Program-made: the position numbers and the translations under genes
The notes under the pieces: model-generated
The model's database searches: none
Told to the model about the DNA's origin: nothing
Seen by the model: the letters and a program-made list of their open reading frames with translations, nothing else
IMG/VR virus record: IMGVR_UViG_3300044638_006750
Location: 62,001 to 126,000 of that record
Strand: one strand, 5' to 3'
DNA: 64,000 nt
Part shown: piece by piece, positions 58,678-64,000 of the stretch
Layout: each line of letters opens with the position of its first letter
Position numbering within the stretch: position 1 is the stretch's first letter

Positions 58678-61600
58678 ATGTTACATAAAGATACTAAAAA
58701 ATGCAGTTTATTCAAAACACAAATATATGATAATCTATATCCCTTCTACTTATTTTCTAGCGGTGGAACAGCTATAAGCTCCAGATTCGGAAGTTCTGTA
58801 CAGCCATTAACCGTAAATAAGTTATCTAGTCTCACAGCATATTTAAGAGCAGACACAGAAGAAGAAGTTTGGACTCCAGCATTTATCTATGCTGGCACTC
58901 TTGCAACAATGCCGTATCTTGAGGGACAGGTCAACAGAAAACCAGTCTTGGGTTTTGATCAATTTTTTGTTATAGGCAATCCCGCATTTAAAGATATAAC
59001 ACTAGAAAACAATATTAAGGTTGGAGTTGACTGGTTTTTAAATGATCCTCTCAATACCGATATTACTCCGGACAAAGGGATTTTTTTCTGGTATAAAAAA
59101 CGTAGCAGCGATCCCAGAACCACACAATTATCTAATGTGGCTATTGGAGAATGGATATATTCGGGATCAGCTTTTAATGCTAAAACAGATACTCAAAAAA
59201 ATATTACTATTCCAGCCGGACAAATACTAGTAAAACTAAATAATAAAGAATTACAGGTTTTACCATCTAATATCACCACGCTTTCCAATGCAAGTCTAAT
59301 TAGAGATATTAAACTATACAATAATCCATTGGGCTCCGGCACTAATATATATGAGCCTACAAAAATTAATTTAGATAGTTCGTCAAATAAACCATCTACA
59401 TGGAATATATATAATAATTTTCATTACTTAAATGCTAACAATGCATATTTTAGTATTCATATTCCAGATGGAGACTACTTCTCATACTATGGTTTAGATA
59501 GTTCATTAAACTATTATTTATCTTTTAATTTAATGCCAACATATAGAACTATCTATAATAATATTTTAAATATTACTAGATTAACAAGTCTTACATCGTC
59601 TCAAGCTAAACAACTACAAAAGCTATGTTATGTACTAGCTACTGGTCCTCAGAACGACAAAGTAACACTAAACATAGACGGATATAATTCTTCTGGAAAC
59701 TATATTCCTAGTATAATTGCTTTTATCAACGACCCTTCGGCATCAGATAGTTCTTTAGTAGCCATTTGTCAAAATGCATATAGAGAAATAAAACACTTAG
59801 AAAAAAATAGAGTTTATAATACATCTATAGTACCATATAAAATTAACCCATCTGATATAAGTACTAATTATTCTAAAGTTCCTAATGATATTTTTAATAA
59901 ATTAGCATCTAAATATGGTTTATATTTAAGAATATCTGGAGATAATGCTAAAATTACCGTAAACAGACTATTAAGATGGAAAACCAGTAAAAATGGTACA
60001 GACTATAGCGGTGGACCAAATATATCTATAGATTCTCGATATGTCTATTGGACCACCTCCAGAGATATTTCTGGTGAAGCTACTAGCAGACCAACTCCTG
60101 GAAACGTTGGTCATCGTTATTATGATCAGCACATACAGGCCGGTTCTATGAGAATAGAAACAGATATGGCTAACCAACTAGTATATTTCAAAGCTGTAGA
60201 TGCTGGTAGCGAAAATGCGACTATTAAAGCTGGCATTATTAAGGCATCTCAAAATCCCAGAATAAATACTAGTGAGAGTAATTTTTTATTGTTGCCAGAA
60301 ATTAAGTACTGTATGTTTTATAAACAGGGAGGTTTTAAAATAATTAGCAGTACATGCTATATAGATGAGCCGGTTGGTCAATCAAGCATTTATAATGGGA
60401 AATTGGATGGTAAACCAATATTTTTAAAAACTGATAAATTAGCATCTAGATGGGGTTCTTCTGGTACAAAAGAATTTAACTTTGATAATGCAGACACAGA
60501 TCTATATAAAAAACCATCTTTAAAATTTAAAGTATATGATTCATCTGATATTATTAAACTAGAAAGTTTGGACATAAATTTTTTAAGATATAAAGAAGAA
60601 ACATTGTGTGGGTGTGAATCCTTTTATAAAGAAGTTATCAGCAGAAGTGAAAATTATACTAAAGAAATAGGTGTTAATAGATTTTTAGGTATAGACGTAT
60701 TTGAGCAAACTCCGAAGAAGGTTGGATACGGGAGGGCTGGATATTGCGATACAATATATCTTGGCAAAGTAAAGAATACAGTAGCTGGAGTAGAAATAGA
60801 GGAGATGTCTAGCACTTCGGTGCCGGGTGTTTCTACTAAATATTCTCCTCCTATTCTAGCCTACGGTGGATATGATGCGTCTATTGTTTCCGAACTTGGT
60901 ATTAAATTGCCTAGTCATCCTATGCCGGGAGATAAATTACCTATATTAGATACTAGAAATCCGAATTATACAGATGAGACCAAGTGTTATCAAAGAACAG
61001 GATATATAGAGGATGGATCATACTTTTCTCACAGCGCCGATAATACATCATCTGATAATATTATAGGTTCAATAGATTTTGAAAGAGGATTTTTCCATCC
61101 TCATTATGGTTGGATTGGGGTGGGGCATCCAATGTATGCAGACTATAAGAATAAAACAGCGGTAGTATCATATAGACCGGATTTTAAATCTAAGTTTACT
61201 TTTAAGGGGGTAGGTTTTATATTTGCTCCAGAATACAGCTCTTATCATAGTACTGTTAATATAAAATTAGGAGCACAAAAAACAAATTCTGAAGAGGTTA
61301 ATATTCAAACAGGGGCCAGAGATATTACGACATATCAGTCAAAATATCCTCATGAGTATCTCACTGAAGAATGCATTCCGTATAGAGGTAAAAGAGATGC
61401 AAATGGCAACTTTGTAGATACTACAGAAAGGCTTAGAGACAACGATTGTAGTAATAACTATCAGCCCAAAATAGATTACTATATATATCCCTTGAAAGAT
61501 GCTGCTACATCAGAAGTGATTGTAAATCAAACAGATATAGAAAATTTAAGAATAAAAGACATAGAAATTAAATTAAACTTTGTTAATTTTGATAATATTC

Positions 61601-64000
61601 AAGATATTAAGCTTACCTTAGAGTATACCAATACCGCCTATAATAACGTAACGACACCAAGTGCCTATTATGCGTCTGTTGGAACGCAACCGTTTCCAGG
61701 AGAATCCGGAATCAACAACTATGTAACAGCACTAGCCAACCAGAATACTTCTAATACTATAATTTTATTAAATAAAGAACATATCAAACAATATGGTGCT
61801 GAATTTGTACTAAGATTTTCTGACTACGCCAGCCCATATACTTTTCCTAATCCTCTAAATAAATATGATCAGGAACTTAACCACAGCTCACTGCTTAATA
61901 GTAGTTTAGCGGATGGTGAGGTTATTCACCCGTCATTTAAGCCAGACGGATACACAGATAAAGATGTTCAGTATTATAAAGAAATTATGAATTCTTATAA
62001 TATGTCAATTATAAACAATAAATTTAGAAAATGGTATGGTCAGTCAGTAATTAATAGTACATTTAAACTGAAAGTAGAATTAGTAAATTCATACCCTAAA
62101 GGAAATTATGGAAATATCCCAGACCTTCATCTTAAAAATAATAGAGATTTTGATCTATTAAAATCAAATATTGCCAGAAATTCTATTTGTAATTGGGAAA
62201 TTATATTAGATACATATAAGACAACAGATGCAACACATAGAAAAGAACAGAGAATAAACATTAATCATACGGCAGCGAATCATATTGACTACACTCGTAC
62301 AGATACATCTTTATCCAATACTTCTGGCAGCTATCCAGATGGTTATAATTTTATTGGTGATTTTACTGATCGTAAATTTCTAGTACCTCCAGTAAACATA
62401 AATGCTCCGCACCAATATTTAACAGATTACAATTCATGTGTTTATCCTACTCAAGAATATAATAATTTCGGGTTTGCCAGAGTAGAGGACAATGCATTAA
62501 GATTTATTTATCAAGCATTTAATCTTTTTTCTGCTGGTATTGGTATGGCAGCTGGTATGGGTGCGATTGGTGGTTTAACAGGTGCGTTTGTCGGAGGAAC
62601 TATATTTGGGGCGGCGTCTAGTCTTGCCGTAAATAGCATAGTATCATATTACAATAATGCTAGAAGAACTAGACTAGTAGATGCTTTTGATGATAGTTTC
62701 TATGACCCATCGTATGATAATTATGGTTATGGAGTACCAGATAAAGCGCTGATAGAAATTTCAGTAGACGGTGGATATAAATGGTATATATTTGATGCTA
62801 AAATTTTCAAATATAACCAGTACTGTTCTCCAGTATATAAGCCTCTTAAAATACAGTACAATGGAGCCGGCCCAGTATCAGAAACTACTTGTTCTAAACT
62901 AAGTACGTCTTTGGTCCCAACCACGCCATCGGCAACTTCTCCAATTATTGTCGATCCTAATACTTATAACAATATTACTGGATTGATCCTACCCGCAAAG
63001 AGCATTAAAGCCAAAGAGTTGTATATACATAAAAATATTAGATTATTAAATAATAAACCCAACATAACTAACATTTCTAATGTATTTATAGGTTTTAATA
63101 CATATGATCCGGAAAGCACAGTATGTATCGAGATTCCTCATGTTAAAGCATTTTATTATTTAAAAACTGGTACCATAACAACGAATGCTCAAATAGATAT
63201 CATATATCATGATCAGAATGGTTATGGATATAGAAACTTAATCCAAAAAACAATTAATAATATTGCTATTCTCAATAAAAATAATCAATATAATACATAT
63301 ATTTTATTTAACGATAAAACTCTTAAAAATACTTTAGACAAAAATTTAGATTCTAATATATTAATTCAAAAAAGCAATGCTGAAGATTTATTAGGGGTAG
63401 TTTTGTATAAGGGAGGTAATTTATTTACGGCGGCTAGTGTCAAAGCTTTAATAAACAATAATGTCTTCACGCCGGACTATACTATGCCGGTATATGGAGA
63501 AGGTGCTTGGGGCAGGGGTTCTTCCTCTAACAATCTTTATCCAGCTAAAAAACTTACAATACCTAAAGACTATAGCTTAATTGATTTTGCTAGAGGTTAT
63601 AGTCCAAATAGATATGTTGGACGAATTCAGGTAGGAAATAATTCTCCAATACTAACATCTTCTTTAGAAATAGGTTTGTTCGATAATATCAATGGGTGGC
63701 CGCTATACAAGAATCCAGAAAAATTTAACTTATATTCAATTAGTAGCGACAATAAACAATATCTATATAAAAATATTAGTGATTTAAATTCTATTTTTTA
63801 TTTTTATACAATGACAAGTATAGAAGGTTTAAAAAATAAAGATATGCCGACAGCTGGATCAATTACTTTATTAGACCATTTGATTCCTGCGAAATTGGGT
63901 AGTAGTAGTGGAGGTTTGTCTGGAGCTAAAATAGAAGCTATATATAGCAGTCTAGATGTTGAGGGCGCTAACGGTTGTTTTGGTGGCCACTATTGTAACA
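58678..64000 (+). CDS. Very large tail-tip/fibre-like protein, 3' partial (at least 1774 aa), absent from the supplied ORF track
   Basis: ATG lies 2 nt after the previous TAA. I read frame 1 codon by codon and found no stop before the window end (MLHKDTKKCSLFKTQIYDNLYPF...GCFGGHYCN). Contains a P-domain-like region, a glycine-zipper hairpin and an Asp-box. Confidence 0.9.
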   Translation, partial: MLHKDTKKCSLFKTQIYDNLYPFYLFSSGGTAISSRFGSSVQPLTVNKLSSLTAYLRADTEEEVWTPAFIYAGTLATMPYLEGQVNRKPVLGFDQFFVIGNPAFKDITLENNIKVGVDWFLNDPLNTDITPDKGIFFWYKKRSSDPRTTQLSNVAIGEWIYSGSAFNAKTDTQKNITIPAGQILVKLNNKELQVLPSNITTLSNASLIRDIKLYNNPLGSGTNIYEPTKINLDSSSNKPSTWNIYNNFHYLNANNAYFSIHIPDGDYFSYYGLDSSLNYYLSFNLMPTYRTIYNNILNITRLTSLTSSQAKQLQKLCYVLATGPQNDKVTLNIDGYNSSGNYIPSIIAFINDPSASDSSLVAICQNAYREIKHLEKNRVYNTSIVPYKINPSDISTNYSKVPNDIFNKLASKYGLYLRISGDNAKITVNRLLRWKTSKNGTDYSGGPNISIDSRYVYWTTSRDISGEATSRPTPGNVGHRYYDQHIQAGSMRIETDMANQLVYFKAVDAGSENATIKAGIIKASQNPRINTSESNFLLLPEIKYCMFYKQGGFKIISSTCYIDEPVGQSSIYNGKLDGKPIFLKTDKLASRWGSSGTKEFNFDNADTDLYKKPSLKFKVYDSSDIIKLESLDINFLRYKEETLCGCESFYKEVISRSENYTKEIGVNRFLGIDVFEQTPKKVGYGRAGYCDTIYLGKVKNTVAGVEIEEMSSTSVPGVSTKYSPPILAYGGYDASIVSELGIKLPSHPMPGDKLPILDTRNPNYTDETKCYQRTGYIEDGSYFSHSADNTSSDNIIGSIDFERGFFHPHYGWIGVGHPMYADYKNKTAVVSYRPDFKSKFTFKGVGFIFAPEYSSYHSTVNIKLGAQKTNSEEVNIQTGARDITTYQSKYPHEYLTEECIPYRGKRDANGNFVDTTERLRDNDCSNNYQPKIDYYIYPLKDAATSEVIVNQTDIENLRIKDIEIKLNFVNFDNIQDIKLTLEYTNTAYNNVTTPSAYYASVGTQPFPGESGINNYVTALANQNTSNTIILLNKEHIKQYGAEFVLRFSDYASPYTFPNPLNKYDQELNHSSLLNSSLADGEVIHPSFKPDGYTDKDVQYYKEIMNSYNMSIINNKFRKWYGQSVINSTFKLKVELVNSYPKGNYGNIPDLHLKNNRDFDLLKSNIARNSICNWEIILDTYKTTDATHRKEQRININHTAANHIDYTRTDTSLSNTSGSYPDGYNFIGDFTDRKFLVPPVNINAPHQYLTDYNSCVYPTQEYNNFGFARVEDNALRFIYQAFNLFSAGIGMAAGMGAIGGLTGAFVGGTIFGAASSLAVNSIVSYYNNARRTRLVDAFDDSFYDPSYDNYGYGVPDKALIEISVDGGYKWYIFDAKIFKYNQYCSPVYKPLKIQYNGAGPVSETTCSKLSTSLVPTTPSATSPIIVDPNTYNNITGLILPAKSIKAKELYIHKNIRLLNNKPNITNISNVFIGFNTYDPESTVCIEIPHVKAFYYLKTGTITTNAQIDIIYHDQNGYGYRNLIQKTINNIAILNKNNQYNTYILFNDKTLKNTLDKNLDSNILIQKSNAEDLLGVVLYKGGNLFTAASVKALINNNVFTPDYTMPVYGEGAWGRGSSSNNLYPAKKLTIPKDYSLIDFARGYSPNRYVGRIQVGNNSPILTSSLEIGLFDNINGWPLYKNPEKFNLYSISSDNKQYLYKNISDLNSIFYFYTMTSIEGLKNKDMPTAGSITLLDHLIPAKLGSSSGGLSGAKIEAIYSSLDVEGANGCFGGHYCN

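Larger units (their letters stand above)
1..64000 (+). other. Tail morphogenesis region of a very large tailed phage (chaperone-position genes, TMP, fibre/adhesin cluster, distal tail/hub genes)
   Basis: All long ORFs are on the + strand with gaps of about 60 bp or less except before the TMP. A TP901-like TMP domain, phage fibre motifs and SD sites are present. No host housekeeping genes were seen. Confidence 0.9.

Noticed and set aside
58678-64000. Apparent 5.3-kb non-coding region or stop-codon recoding
   Set aside because: Frame 1 has no stop at all; the ORF simply runs off the window. Elsewhere TAG and TAA end genes cleanly before SD-led starts, so code 11 fits.

Overview
The window is a single + strand, AT-rich, gene-dense tail-morphogenesis region of a very large tailed bacteriophage, read in code 11 with Shine-Dalgarno sites before most genes. 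Gene order: (i) three genes before the tape measure gene, the third in the usual tail-assembly-chaperone position and followed by an intrinsic terminator; (ii) a 4284-aa tape measure protein (TMP); (iii) about 34 kb (14887-49063) of fibre/adhesin-like genes without signal peptides, built from Pro/Thr linkers, two families of Cys-capped repeat modules, and RCC1, YVTN, delta-60, LamG, LecA-like and DUF642-like domains; (iv) two tandem paralogous distal-tail-like genes, a 1923-aa hub-like gene, and an ORF of at least 1774 codons (58678 to the window end) that the ORF track misses because it has no stop in the window. Best leads: (1) the middle of the TMP is an array of cassettes bounded by about 13 [FY/R]-A-x-GG-type motifs and flanked by two copies of a lambda gpH-like motif; the cassettes include a P-loop kinase, a HIGH-type nucleotidyltransferase and a GNAT-like domain, suggesting an injected and possibly processed effector polyprotein; (2) three-level nested domain insertion in the 2219-aa fibre protein (DUF642 > LamG > LecA-like, plus two YVTN propellers); (3) an unrecognised Cys-capped module of about 90-100 aa in roughly 15 copies across 9-10 genes. 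All domain calls come from motif recognition by eye; no searches were run.
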